Made by a program: the position numbers and the translations under genes. The notes beneath the pieces were generated by a model. The model was not told the origin of the DNA and did no database searches. It was given only the letters and a program-made list of their open reading frames with translations. This document shows, piece after piece, positions 10,161-18,878 of a DNA stretch of 64,000 nt; position 1 is the first letter of the stretch; each line of letters starts with the position of its first letter. The stretch covers positions 40 to 64,039 of the forward strand of contig JBNAKO010000030.1 of NCBI GenBank assembly GCA_049706495.1. The letters are read 5' to 3'. The DNA is from Methanosarcina sp. Its GTDB lineage: Archaea > Halobacteriota > Methanosarcinia > Methanosarcinales > Methanosarcinaceae.

Positions 10161-11195
10161 ATGAAAAAGAGTTTTTTAAACAAAAAATGGATTAGCGGGT
10201 TATTATTTGTTTTTATACTAATTAGTGCTTCTTTTTCAGGTTGTGTTGATTCTGACCAGGAGCAAGAAACAGCGGCAGAAGCAGCAAAAACTACACAAAC
10301 CGAAGAAATTCCCAAGCCTCAAGCAAATATAAAAACCGAAACTGCTGTACAAACCGTTACAGAAGGAAAAAACACTTCAAAAGAGGAACTTAAAACCCTG
10401 AAAATAGGACTTATCCCTGCCGAAGATTCGGCTGAAATGATTGAAAAGTTCGAACCTGTACGGCTTTACCTTGAAAAAGAACTTGGAATGGAAGTCCAGA
10501 CTTTCACAGCCACGGATTATACATCTGTAGTTGAAGCAATGCGTTCGGACAAAGTAGATGTAGGCTTTTTCGGGCCACTTTCCTATGTACTGGCTGCTGA
10601 ACAGGCAGGAGCCGAAGCAATTATTGCAGGCGGAGAAAACGGAACTCTTGGTTCATACACAAGTTGCATTATTACATACAAAGGTTCCGAAATTAACAAC
10701 ATGGACGATCTTTTCAAGAATTCGAAAGATCTTACCTTCTCTTTTGTCGACCCCGCCTCAACTTCAGGAAACTTAATTCCCAGAGGATATCTCCTTTCCC
10801 AGGGCCTTAATCCTGACACTGATTTTAAAGAGTGCGTTTTTTCAGGCGGACATGACGCTTCAGGCCTTGCAGTAAAGTCAAAAAAAGTTGATGCAGGTGC
10901 CATATACAACATCGGGTACAACAGGATGGTCGAAGAAGGTATTCTGGATAAAGAAGAGGTTTTCATAATCTGGGAGTCCGACCCGATTCCAAGTTCTCCG
11001 ATTGCAGTCAGAGGAAGCCTGGACCCAGAGCTTAAAGAAAAAATCCAGAAGGCCTTTTTGGACTTGCAGGTAAAGGATCCTGAAGCAATGGAGATTTTTG
11101 AAAGCCAGTGGGAAGAAAATAAAGAATATGTACCAGTCAATGACAGTACATACGATTACATCCGTACCATTGCCAGGGGCCTTGATTATATTTGA
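10161..11195 (+). CDS. phnD: Phosphonate/phosphite ABC transporter substrate-binding lipoprotein
   Basis: Lipobox FSGC. GLIPAED, DYTSVVEAM, FGPLSYV, DPASTSGNLIP and GGHDAS motifs. First gene of the phn cluster. Confidence 0.92.
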   Translation: MKKSFLNKKWISGLLFVFILISASFSGCVDSDQEQETAAEAAKTTQTEEIPKPQANIKTETAVQTVTEGKNTSKEELKTLKIGLIPAEDSAEMIEKFEPVRLYLEKELGMEVQTFTATDYTSVVEAMRSDKVDVGFFGPLSYVLAAEQAGAEAIIAGGENGTLGSYTSCIITYKGSEINNMDDLFKNSKDLTFSFVDPASTSGNLIPRGYLLSQGLNPDTDFKECVFSGGHDASGLAVKSKKVDAGAIYNIGYNRMVEEGILDKEEVFIIWESDPIPSSPIAVRGSLDPELKEKIQKAFLDLQVKDPEAMEIFESQWEENKEYVPVNDSTYDYIRTIARGLDYI

Positions 11196-11207
11196 AGGTG
11201 GCCTGAG

Positions 11208-11951
11208 ATGCTAACTGTGAATAACCTTGCAAAAAAACTTCCGGACGGCAGATATCTGCTAAAGGATATAAATTTCAGTGTCAGAAAGAGTGAATTTGTT
11301 GCAATACTGGGGCTTAGCGGCACCGGGAAAACAATCCTGCTCAGGTGCCTGAATGGCCTTACAATGCCTGATGCAGGCAGGGTTTTGCATACCCATAACG
11401 AGGAGACGCTGGACATTGTGTACAGCAATCCTAAAACAATCCGGGAAATCCGAAAAAGGACAGGCATGATTTTTCAGAACTTCAACCTGGTAAAGAGAAA
11501 ATCCGTAATCGAAAATGTGCTTATGGGGAAGCTGGGAAATATGCAGACCCTTGGCAGTATTCTTGGAAAATTCACGGATGAAGACCTGGAAATGGCTTCA
11601 AGAGCTCTTTACAGGGTAGGAGTCCTGAACCTTGCTCATCGGAGGGCAGGTACCTTAAGCGGGGGAGAGCAGCAAAGAGTTGCAATATCCAGGGCAATTA
11701 TGCAGGAACCGCATCTTTTACTTGCAGATGAACCTGTAGCAAACCTTGATCCTACAACTGCAGATTCCGTGATGAGATATCTTAGATCGATTTCAGTAGA
11801 AGACGGAGTCAGCACACTTGCAGTACTTCACCAGCCTGAACTTGCCCGGAAGTATGCTACAAGAATTATTGGAGTAAGGGGCGGGGTCGTTGTTTATGAT
11901 GGAGACCCGAAAATTCCGGAAAGCTCCTTAAAAGAGATCTATGGAATGTGA
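11208..11951 (+). CDS. phnC: Phosphonate ABC transporter ATPase
   Basis: GLSGTGKT, MIFQNFNLV, LSGGEQQRVAI, LADEPVANLDP and VLHQ motifs. Confidence 0.93.
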   Translation: MLTVNNLAKKLPDGRYLLKDINFSVRKSEFVAILGLSGTGKTILLRCLNGLTMPDAGRVLHTHNEETLDIVYSNPKTIREIRKRTGMIFQNFNLVKRKSVIENVLMGKLGNMQTLGSILGKFTDEDLEMASRALYRVGVLNLAHRRAGTLSGGEQQRVAISRAIMQEPHLLLADEPVANLDPTTADSVMRYLRSISVEDGVSTLAVLHQPELARKYATRIIGVRGGVVVYDGDPKIPESSLKEIYGM

Positions 11952-12833
11952 GTGATTATGATAATTCAAGAAGGGTTTTTAAGCGGGAATCTTGAAAAAA
12001 AGTCAACTAAACCGCAGTATAATCTTGATGAAGGTTATAAACGGGTAGATAAAATCCGGAAGTCGAGGCTCTATCATTATATTCTGCCTGGACTGATATT
12101 TATTTTCTTAATCTGGAGTATTATCAGTACGGATTTTAGTCTAACTGCCCTTGTTGAAGGTTATCCGTATATTATAGACTTCCTGGCCGCAATGTTTCCG
12201 CCAGCCTGGGATAAGTTCATACCTATGATCGAGCCTGCTGTCGAAACAATACAAATGGCATTCCTTGGTACTTTTTTCTCGGTCTTGCTTTCAATTCCGA
12301 TTGCAATTTTTGGGGCAAATAATTTAACTTCCTCAAAACTGTTGAGAGGAATTTCAAGGAGCTTGATCGCTTTCACAAGGACTGTGCCTGACCTTGTATT
12401 CGCATTAATTTTCGTTTCTGCAGTTGGGCTTGGGCCTGTTCCCGGAATTCTTGCGCTCTCTATCCATTCTATAGGGATGCTTGGAAAACTGTATGCAGAA
12501 GCAATAGAAGAAATAGACATGGGGCCTGTAGAAGCAATGGAAGCCCTTGGAGCAAGTAAGCTTCAGTCAATTTTTTATGCCATAATTCCGCAGGTAACTC
12601 CTTCTTTTGTGGCTGCAACCCTTTACAGGCTTGATATCAATGTCAGATCTTCTATAGTGCTTGGGTTAGTAGGAGCAGGTGGAATAGGATTTGAACTTAT
12701 GATGGCGATGAGGTTATTCAGATACGAAGAACTCCTTTCTATCCTGATTATCATCTTTGCAATTGTATTGTCTGCAGAAGCAATCTCAAATTCTATCAGG
12801 AAAAACATCATTGGGGAGGAAACCTTGAAATGA
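11952..12833 (+). CDS. phnE: Phosphonate ABC transporter permease
   Basis: ETIQMAFLGT, RTVPDLVFAL, GMLGKLYAEAIE and DINVRSSIVLGLVGAGGIG motifs. Confidence 0.93.
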   Translation: MIMIIQEGFLSGNLEKKSTKPQYNLDEGYKRVDKIRKSRLYHYILPGLIFIFLIWSIISTDFSLTALVEGYPYIIDFLAAMFPPAWDKFIPMIEPAVETIQMAFLGTFFSVLLSIPIAIFGANNLTSSKLLRGISRSLIAFTRTVPDLVFALIFVSAVGLGPVPGILALSIHSIGMLGKLYAEAIEEIDMGPVEAMEALGASKLQSIFYAIIPQVTPSFVAATLYRLDINVRSSIVLGLVGAGGIGFELMMAMRLFRYEELLSILIIIFAIVLSAEAISNSIRKNIIGEETLK

Positions 12834-13249
12834 ACAGGGATCGCAGGTTTGAGTTGCTTGCACGGGCAGGCAAAGAAGAATTATGCAAGCTTGCAGAAAA
12901 GGTGCTCGAAGATGTGGATATAAAGGTTGTAAAAAAACCGACACCAGGTATGATTATGATGCGCTGCAGGGATAATGCCCATTCCTGTGTATTTAATTTC
13001 GGAGAAGTCCTTGTAACAGACGCTGAGGTAAGTATAGAGAATTCGACAGGATACGCAATGGTAATGGGTATGGAACCTGAGAGAGCGCTTGCGGGTGCTA
13101 TTCTGGATTGTGCAGTAGAAGCAGGGCATGCCCTTACATCAGAGATTCTTTTTATGCTGCAAGCAGAAGAGCAAAGGCTGCAGGAAGAAAAAGTCAGGAC
13201 CTGGAAAGAAATCGAAACTACAAAGGTAGATTTTGAGGTGATGCTGTGA
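12830..13249 (+). CDS. phnG: C-P lyase complex subunit PhnG
   Basis: PTPGMIMMR...FNFGEVLVTDAEV...G.AMVMG...ALAGAILD. ATGA overlap with phnE. Confidence 0.92.
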   Translation: MNRDRRFELLARAGKEELCKLAEKVLEDVDIKVVKKPTPGMIMMRCRDNAHSCVFNFGEVLVTDAEVSIENSTGYAMVMGMEPERALAGAILDCAVEAGHALTSEILFMLQAEEQRLQEEKVRTWKEIETTKVDFEVML

Positions 13250-13905
13250 TAGGGGCCAAAGACTCCGATTTTGACCATGTATTTGATTCCCAGCATATCT
13301 TCAGGGTACTTCTTAATACTATGGCCAAGCCCGGAAAGATCGGTATACTCCCAAGTCTGGCTATTAATCCTCCTGAAGAAAACCCGTATCCTTTCCTTGT
13401 ACTACTTGCTTTGCTGGATAGAGAAGTAAGTTTCAGTGTTCAAGGAAATGTAAAAGATCCCGAGAAAGTTATGAAATACCTTGAACTGAATACAGGAAGT
13501 AAACCCGGAGACTTGGGAACCTCTGATTTTATATTCGTGTATGGAGGTAGCTCGAAAGGGCAGGTTTGCAGGGCAAAAACAGGCAGTTTCAGATATCCTG
13601 ATAAAAGTGCAACAATTGTGTATGCTATAGATTCTATTTCTGACCCTACTTCTAACTTTACTTCTGATTTTATTTCTAACTCTGTTTCCGATAGAAGGGC
13701 TTCGGAAAAAGAAAAGGTTTTACTCGAACTCTCAGGTCCCGGAATAAAGGAAAAATGTATGTTAGCGTTTTCCGGAATCGAAAAAAAAGAGATACAGGAC
13801 CTTATTTCAGTCAGGGAATTCCCGCTTGGAATTGATGCTATGTTTTGTGATAAAAAAGGCAGGATAGTAGGTATCCCAAGGTCTTCCAGCGTAAAGATAT
13901 CCTGA
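13246..13905 (+). CDS. phnH: C-P lyase complex subunit PhnH
   Basis: SQHIFRVLLNTMAKPG, ALLDREV, GSFRYPDKSAT, LSGPGI and FPLGIDAMF...GIPRS motifs. Confidence 0.92.
   Translation: MIGAKDSDFDHVFDSQHIFRVLLNTMAKPGKIGILPSLAINPPEENPYPFLVLLALLDREVSFSVQGNVKDPEKVMKYLELNTGSKPGDLGTSDFIFVYGGSSKGQVCRAKTGSFRYPDKSATIVYAIDSISDPTSNFTSDFISNSVSDRRASEKEKVLLELSGPGIKEKCMLAFSGIEKKEIQDLISVREFPLGIDAMFCDKKGRIVGIPRSSSVKIS
13633..13692 (+). repeat. In-frame 12-bp tandem repeat x5 inside phnH
   Basis: tctatttctgac cctacttctaac tttacttctgat tttatttctaac tctgtttccgat. Confidence 0.8.
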
Positions 13906-13914
13906 GGGACAAAG

Positions 13915-15198
13915 ATGGGTTATGTACTTGTAAAAGGGGGAAGTGAAGCCATAAAAAATGCAAAGAGGCTGGTTGAGCTAATTCGTACCCAGGCTTCTGA
14001 ACCTCTGGAAATTTCGCAGTTGAAAGGCAGGCTAAAGCTGGCTGTTGACCAGGCAATGGGAGAAGGCGGGCTTTATGCACCTGAAACAGCAGCCCTTGCG
14101 CTTGAGCAGTCAGAAGGCGATATCATAGAAGCCTCCTTTAAGATAAGGGCATATCGAACTACCCTTCCCAGAATATGTTATTCCGAAACTCAAGATACAG
14201 AAGATATGTTTGTCCTTCGCAGGATTTCCTCGGCTTTCAAGGATATCCCTGGAGGACAAATTCTTGGCCCAACGATTGATTACACTCAGCGGTTCATCGA
14301 TTTTGGTCAGGAGGAAAACAAAAAAGAAGCCAAAATCAAAAGCCAGAACCGGATCAAAAATGAAAAAGGCAAAATCCCCGAGAATGAGGATAAATCAGGA
14401 ACTTCTGAGCTGACAAACTCTAAATTAGAAAATTCTAAGCTTGTAAATTCTAAGTTAATAAATTCCAGATTATCAGATTTCAAGTTATCAGATTTCAAGT
14501 TACCAGATTCTAAACTGACAGTTTCTGAAAAACAGGAAGAAAACTATGAATTCCCAGCTTTTAAGAAAATTGTTGATCTTCTAAAAGAGGAAGGAGTCAT
14601 TGAAGTCCCTGCTGGATCTTCGCTAGATGAAGAAGAGCCTTATGATGTAACAAAAGATCCGCTTGTTATTCCGGCTTCAAGGTCAGCTCGTTTGCAGACC
14701 CTGGCAAAAGGAGAGACAGGAGCAATGCTGATGTTTGCCTACAGTATCCTGCGAGGGTTTGGAGCAACCCATCCAACACTTGCAGAATTAAGGGTCGGAT
14801 ATATTCCTCTTCGAATAAAACACCCTTATACCGGAAATATAGTAAGTGTAGGGGAGATTCTGGTAACGGAGTGCGAATGTATAAATTCAGGAATGGGGTC
14901 TGGCACTTCCAAAAATATAACTGAAAATAAGAAATTTGCTATGGGATACGGGCTTGTAATGGGGAAAAACGAGAGAAAGGCTATTTCCATGAGCATGCTT
15001 GATGCAGCAATGAATACTTCTGAACCCAAGGCCCCTGCCGAGGATGAAGAATTTGTTCTTTATCATATAGATGGAGTGGATGGGATGGGATTTGTAGAAC
15101 ACCTGAAACTGCCTCATTACGTATCTTTCCAGTCAACTCTTGATAGGTTAAGGGCAGTACAGAAAAAAACAGAACCGGAGAGCTCGGCAAATGAGTAA
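13915..15198 (+). CDS. phnI: C-P lyase subunit PhnI (ATP/phosphonate nucleosidase)
   Basis: YVLVKGG, MGEGGLYAP, RAYRTTLPR, RRISSAFKDIPGGQILGPT, HPTLAELRVG, GKNERKAISM and YHIDGVDGMGFVEHLKLPHYV motifs. Confidence 0.95.
   Translation: MGYVLVKGGSEAIKNAKRLVELIRTQASEPLEISQLKGRLKLAVDQAMGEGGLYAPETAALALEQSEGDIIEASFKIRAYRTTLPRICYSETQDTEDMFVLRRISSAFKDIPGGQILGPTIDYTQRFIDFGQEENKKEAKIKSQNRIKNEKGKIPENEDKSGTSELTNSKLENSKLVNSKLINSRLSDFKLSDFKLPDSKLTVSEKQEENYEFPAFKKIVDLLKEEGVIEVPAGSSLDEEEPYDVTKDPLVIPASRSARLQTLAKGETGAMLMFAYSILRGFGATHPTLAELRVGYIPLRIKHPYTGNIVSVGEILVTECECINSGMGSGTSKNITENKKFAMGYGLVMGKNERKAISMSMLDAAMNTSEPKAPAEDEEFVLYHIDGVDGMGFVEHLKLPHYVSFQSTLDRLRAVQKKTEPESSANE
14416..14520 (+). repeat. In-frame 15-bp tandem repeat x7 inside phnI
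   Basis: Units such as aattctaagcttgta, aattctaagttaata and gatttcaagttatca encode NSKLE-NSKLV-NSKLI-NSRLS-DFKLS-DFKLP-DSKLT. Confidence 0.85.
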
Positions 15199-16069
15199 GC
15201 TTGAAAGTTTATTAAAAAATGAGAATATTATTGAGAAAGGGTATAATTTTGCGTTTCTTGATGAATTTACGAAGCGAGAAGTCAGAAGAAATATTCTTAA
15301 AGCCATAGCGATTCCGGGTTATCAGGTGCCTTTCGGGTCAAGAGATATGCCGCTTGCACGAGGTTGGGGGACAGGCGGAATTCAAATAACTCTTTCCATT
15401 ATTGGAAAATCCGATGTCCTTAAGGTTATTGATCAGGGATGCGATGACAGTATTAATGCCCTGAATATTAAAAACCTGATCAGCAGGATGACCGGAATTA
15501 AGACAACCGAGGATACAAAAGAGGCAAATATTATTCAGACCCGGCACAGGATCCCGGAAGAGAAGATGACAGAAGAGCAGATCCTTGTTTTTCAGGTGCC
15601 CGAACCTGAGCCGCTGAGAAAAATAGAGCCTAGTGAAGTTGAAACCAGAAGAATGCATGCCCAGAAAGATTACAGTGCCATGTGGCTCCACCTTTACGAG
15701 GATATTGTCAGGCATGCTCAGATCACGGTCAGTTCCTGTTATCCTGTAATGGTTAACAGCAGATACATTATGGATACAACTCCAGTTCCCAGATGGGATG
15801 TGCCCAAACTGCATAAATCCGGAGCCATAAACATTTTTTGTGCTGGCAGGGAGAAACGAATCTACGCAATTCCCCCGTTCACAGAAGTTGAGCCTCTTGA
15901 ATTCGAGGATTATAATTTTTCAGTAGAGGATTTTGCAGGAAAGGCCTGTGAGAAATGCAGGAGCACGGAGACTTATCTTGATGAAATTCTTGATGAAAGT
16001 ACAGGTATCAGGCGGTATTTCTGTTCGGATACAAGCTATTGTGAAAAGGTCAGGCAGGGAAAAGCATGA
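15191..16069 (+). CDS. phnJ: Radical-SAM alpha-D-ribose 1-methylphosphonate 5-phosphate C-P lyase
   Basis: GYNFAFLDE, AIAIPGYQVPFGSR, RGWGTGGIQ (glycyl-radical Gly region) and IQTRHRIPE motifs. Intact CX2CX21CX5C. Confidence 0.97.
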   Translation: MSKLESLLKNENIIEKGYNFAFLDEFTKREVRRNILKAIAIPGYQVPFGSRDMPLARGWGTGGIQITLSIIGKSDVLKVIDQGCDDSINALNIKNLISRMTGIKTTEDTKEANIIQTRHRIPEEKMTEEQILVFQVPEPEPLRKIEPSEVETRRMHAQKDYSAMWLHLYEDIVRHAQITVSSCYPVMVNSRYIMDTTPVPRWDVPKLHKSGAINIFCAGREKRIYAIPPFTEVEPLEFEDYNFSVEDFAGKACEKCRSTETYLDEILDESTGIRRYFCSDTSYCEKVRQGKA

Positions 16070-16950
16070 GTTCAACCTTGAATAAGTCCGATTTTATTAG
16101 CCCGATTAACAAGCCCAGAATTAATAATCCGATTCTCAGAGTCCAAAATCTTACAAAAATTTATGGAGAGGGCTGTCCGGACTGCATTGAACTAACAGGC
16201 CCGGCTTATGGAAGTAATATCTGTCCAGTTTGTAACTCGATTGTAGCCTGTGCACAGATTTCTTTTGAGGTAATGGGTGGAGAAATCCTTGGGATTGTCG
16301 GGGAAAGCGGTTCAGGGAAAAGCACTACTGTCCGTTGTCTTTACTATGATGAGGAACCCACAGCAGGAGAGGCCTATTTAAGCTGTTGTGGGGAACAAAA
16401 TATTTTCAGGTTGAGTGCTCAGAAAAAACGAGAAATTCGGAATTTTTATACTGGTATGGTTTACCAGAATCCTCAGCTTGGGCTCAAGCTAGATATCTCG
16501 GCTGGAGGAAACATTGCCGAAAAATTGCTGGCTGCAAACTGGAGGCATATGGGAAAAATGAGGGAGAGAGCCCGAGAACTCCTTGAACAAACTGAAATCC
16601 CTATAGAACGGATGGACGAAATTCCCCGCAATTTCAGCGGAGGAATGCAACAGCGAATCCAGATTGCAAAAGCCCTGGCAAATAATCCTGAAATTCTTCT
16701 TTTTGATGAACTGACAACCGGCCTTGATGTATCTGTGCAGGCAAGAATTCTGGACCTTATAAAGCAGATCAGAAGAATTACGGATGCAGGGATGGTCCTG
16801 ATTACACACGACCTGGGGGTAGTAAGGCTGCTTGCAGATAGGACCCTTGTAATGAAAAATGGGCGGATTGTTGAATCCGGACTTACGGACCAGATTCTCG
16901 AGGATCCCCAGCACGAATATACCCAGCTCCTTGTAAATTCGGTTTTGTGA
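16066..16950 (+). CDS. phnK: C-P lyase ABC-type ATPase PhnK
   Basis: GIVGESGSGKS, GMVYQNP, SAGGNIAE and FSGGMQQRIQIAKAL motifs. C-terminal DQILEDPQHEYTQLLVNSVL. Confidence 0.94.
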   Translation: MSSTLNKSDFISPINKPRINNPILRVQNLTKIYGEGCPDCIELTGPAYGSNICPVCNSIVACAQISFEVMGGEILGIVGESGSGKSTTVRCLYYDEEPTAGEAYLSCCGEQNIFRLSAQKKREIRNFYTGMVYQNPQLGLKLDISAGGNIAEKLLAANWRHMGKMRERARELLEQTEIPIERMDEIPRNFSGGMQQRIQIAKALANNPEILLFDELTTGLDVSVQARILDLIKQIRRITDAGMVLITHDLGVVRLLADRTLVMKNGRIVESGLTDQILEDPQHEYTQLLVNSVL

Positions 16951-16951
16951 G

Positions 16952-17704
16952 GTGAACTGTTTGGAAAACTGGCATTTAGAAATCCAGAATCTAACGAAAA
17001 CATTCAAGATGAGCGTACTTGGAGGCAAACAAATACACGGTTTTCATAATATAAGTTTCAGGGTTCAAAGAGGGGACTTTATGGGAGTTATCGGAAAAAG
17101 CGGTTCAGGAAAGTCCTCCCTTCTCAAATGCATTTATCGAACCTATATCCCGGACAAAGGATATGTTCTTTATAAAAACGAGGATGGAGAGATAACAAAT
17201 CTAACTTTTGCAGATGACCATACTCTTCTGGACTTTAGAAAGCAGGAGATAGGGTACGTGGCACAGCTTTTAAGAGCAGTACCCAGAGTTACGGCTCTTG
17301 AAATCATTGCAGAGCCTCTTCTTCTGAAGGGGGTTGATCCGGGTATTGCAAAAGAAAAAGCAGCCCGGTATCTCGAACGCCTGCTTATTCCGGAAGAACT
17401 CTGGGAAGCTTATCCTTCGACTTTCAGTGGGGGAGAAAGACAAAGAGTAAACATTGCAAGGGCCCTGATTTCAGCGCCCAAGCTCCTGCTTCTGGATGAG
17501 CCTACATCTGCTCTTGACCCTGTCTCTACACAAATAGTAGTCGAAATGCTTGAGGAAATAAAGCACAAAACAACCATGATAGGGATTTTTCATGACATGG
17601 CAGTTGTAGAAAAACTTGCAGATCACCTGCTCGTAATGAAGGACAACAAAATGAGAATGTTTGGAAAAACAGAGGAAGTCCTGGCTACAGAGGGCTTAGC
17701 ATGA
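16952..17704 (+). CDS. phnL: C-P lyase ABC-type ATPase PhnL
   Basis: GKSGSGKSSLLKCIYRTY, EIGYVAQLLRAVPR, YPSTFSGGERQRVNIAR, LLDEPT and GIFHD motifs. The start may be the TTG at 16961. Confidence 0.94.
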   Translation: MNCLENWHLEIQNLTKTFKMSVLGGKQIHGFHNISFRVQRGDFMGVIGKSGSGKSSLLKCIYRTYIPDKGYVLYKNEDGEITNLTFADDHTLLDFRKQEIGYVAQLLRAVPRVTALEIIAEPLLLKGVDPGIAKEKAARYLERLLIPEELWEAYPSTFSGGERQRVNIARALISAPKLLLLDEPTSALDPVSTQIVVEMLEEIKHKTTMIGIFHDMAVVEKLADHLLVMKDNKMRMFGKTEEVLATEGLA

Positions 17705-18876
17705 GATTCAACATCATTAATGCAAAAATTGTAACGCTGGATTCAGTTATTGAAAATGGCACGCTTGAGATAGAAGATAAAAATATTATAGGCATCAGGG
17801 AAAAAGAAGAAATTGAATCAGGAAAAGAAATCGAGACTGCCAAATCTGACGGAGTGCTTGATGCAGCAGGCAAATATGTTTTGCCCGGAATAATCGATAT
17901 TCATGGAGATGACCTTGAAGGAGTTATTTCTCCAAGGCCTTCGACAAGGTTTCCTATAGAACTTGCTCTTTTGCAGGCTGACAGAAAATATGTAGCCTGG
18001 GGAATTACAACAAAACTGCATGCCCTTTCATATTATGACGACGAGCTTAAAGACAGACATGCTGGAGCCTCTATTGAAATTATGGAAGCTCTGGAATGTA
18101 TTGAAGATAAACTCCTGACTGAGCATTTCATTCATGTGAGGTGTGAAATCGGGCATGAAATGAAAGATGCTTTCGAAGCCATTGAGAACCGTTTTGTTAA
18201 ACTGGTTTCGGTAATGGACCATGCTCCAGGCCAGGGGCAGTTTAATGATCCTGCAAAATACATCGAATTCCACAAGGGAGCATATAACTTGAGTGATGAA
18301 TTCCTGGAAAAGCTCATGAAAAAGAAAATGGATCTCAGTTTCAGTGATTTGAAGTTAGAGAAGATAAGGGAAGTTGCCAGAAGAGCAAGGGACAGGAACT
18401 TGCTTTTGGCCTCCCATGATGATGACAGTCCTGAACATGTGGAATTCTTACACAGTCTTGGAGCCTGTCTTTCAGAGTTTCCTATAAATTTGGAAGCTGC
18501 AAAAAGAGCAAAGGAGTTGGGAATGATCATTTCAATGGGAGCCCCGAACCTCATCCTTGGAAGATCGACTGCAAATAACCTCAGTTGTCGGGAGGCCATA
18601 AAGGCAGGGGCTGTAGATGTACTTTGCTCGGACTATTACCCAACTTCGCTTCTTTATTCCGCGTTTCTGCTGCAAAAACTCGAGCTTTTGCCCTTCCCTG
18701 AAGCTGTTAAAATGATAACTTTAAACGCTGCAAAAGTTATGAGCATGGAGGAAAGCATTGGTTCGATTGAAGTGGGAAAACGAGCTAATCTTATTATTGT
18801 TTCTGAAAAGGACGGAATGCCTGTAGTTAGTAATACTATTGTTAATGGGAGACTTGTATACTCGGCGGGAGGATAA
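17701..18876 (+). CDS. phnM: Ribose 1-methylphosphonate 5-triphosphate diphosphatase (amidohydrolase)
   Basis: LPGIIDIHGDDLE, MDHAPGQGQF, ASHDD, SEFP, MGAPNLILGRS and CSDYYP motifs. Confidence 0.95.
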   Translation: MRFNIINAKIVTLDSVIENGTLEIEDKNIIGIREKEEIESGKEIETAKSDGVLDAAGKYVLPGIIDIHGDDLEGVISPRPSTRFPIELALLQADRKYVAWGITTKLHALSYYDDELKDRHAGASIEIMEALECIEDKLLTEHFIHVRCEIGHEMKDAFEAIENRFVKLVSVMDHAPGQGQFNDPAKYIEFHKGAYNLSDEFLEKLMKKKMDLSFSDLKLEKIREVARRARDRNLLLASHDDDSPEHVEFLHSLGACLSEFPINLEAAKRAKELGMIISMGAPNLILGRSTANNLSCREAIKAGAVDVLCSDYYPTSLLYSAFLLQKLELLPFPEAVKMITLNAAKVMSMEESIGSIEVGKRANLIIVSEKDGMPVVSNTIVNGRLVYSAGG

Positions 18877-18878
18877 GA

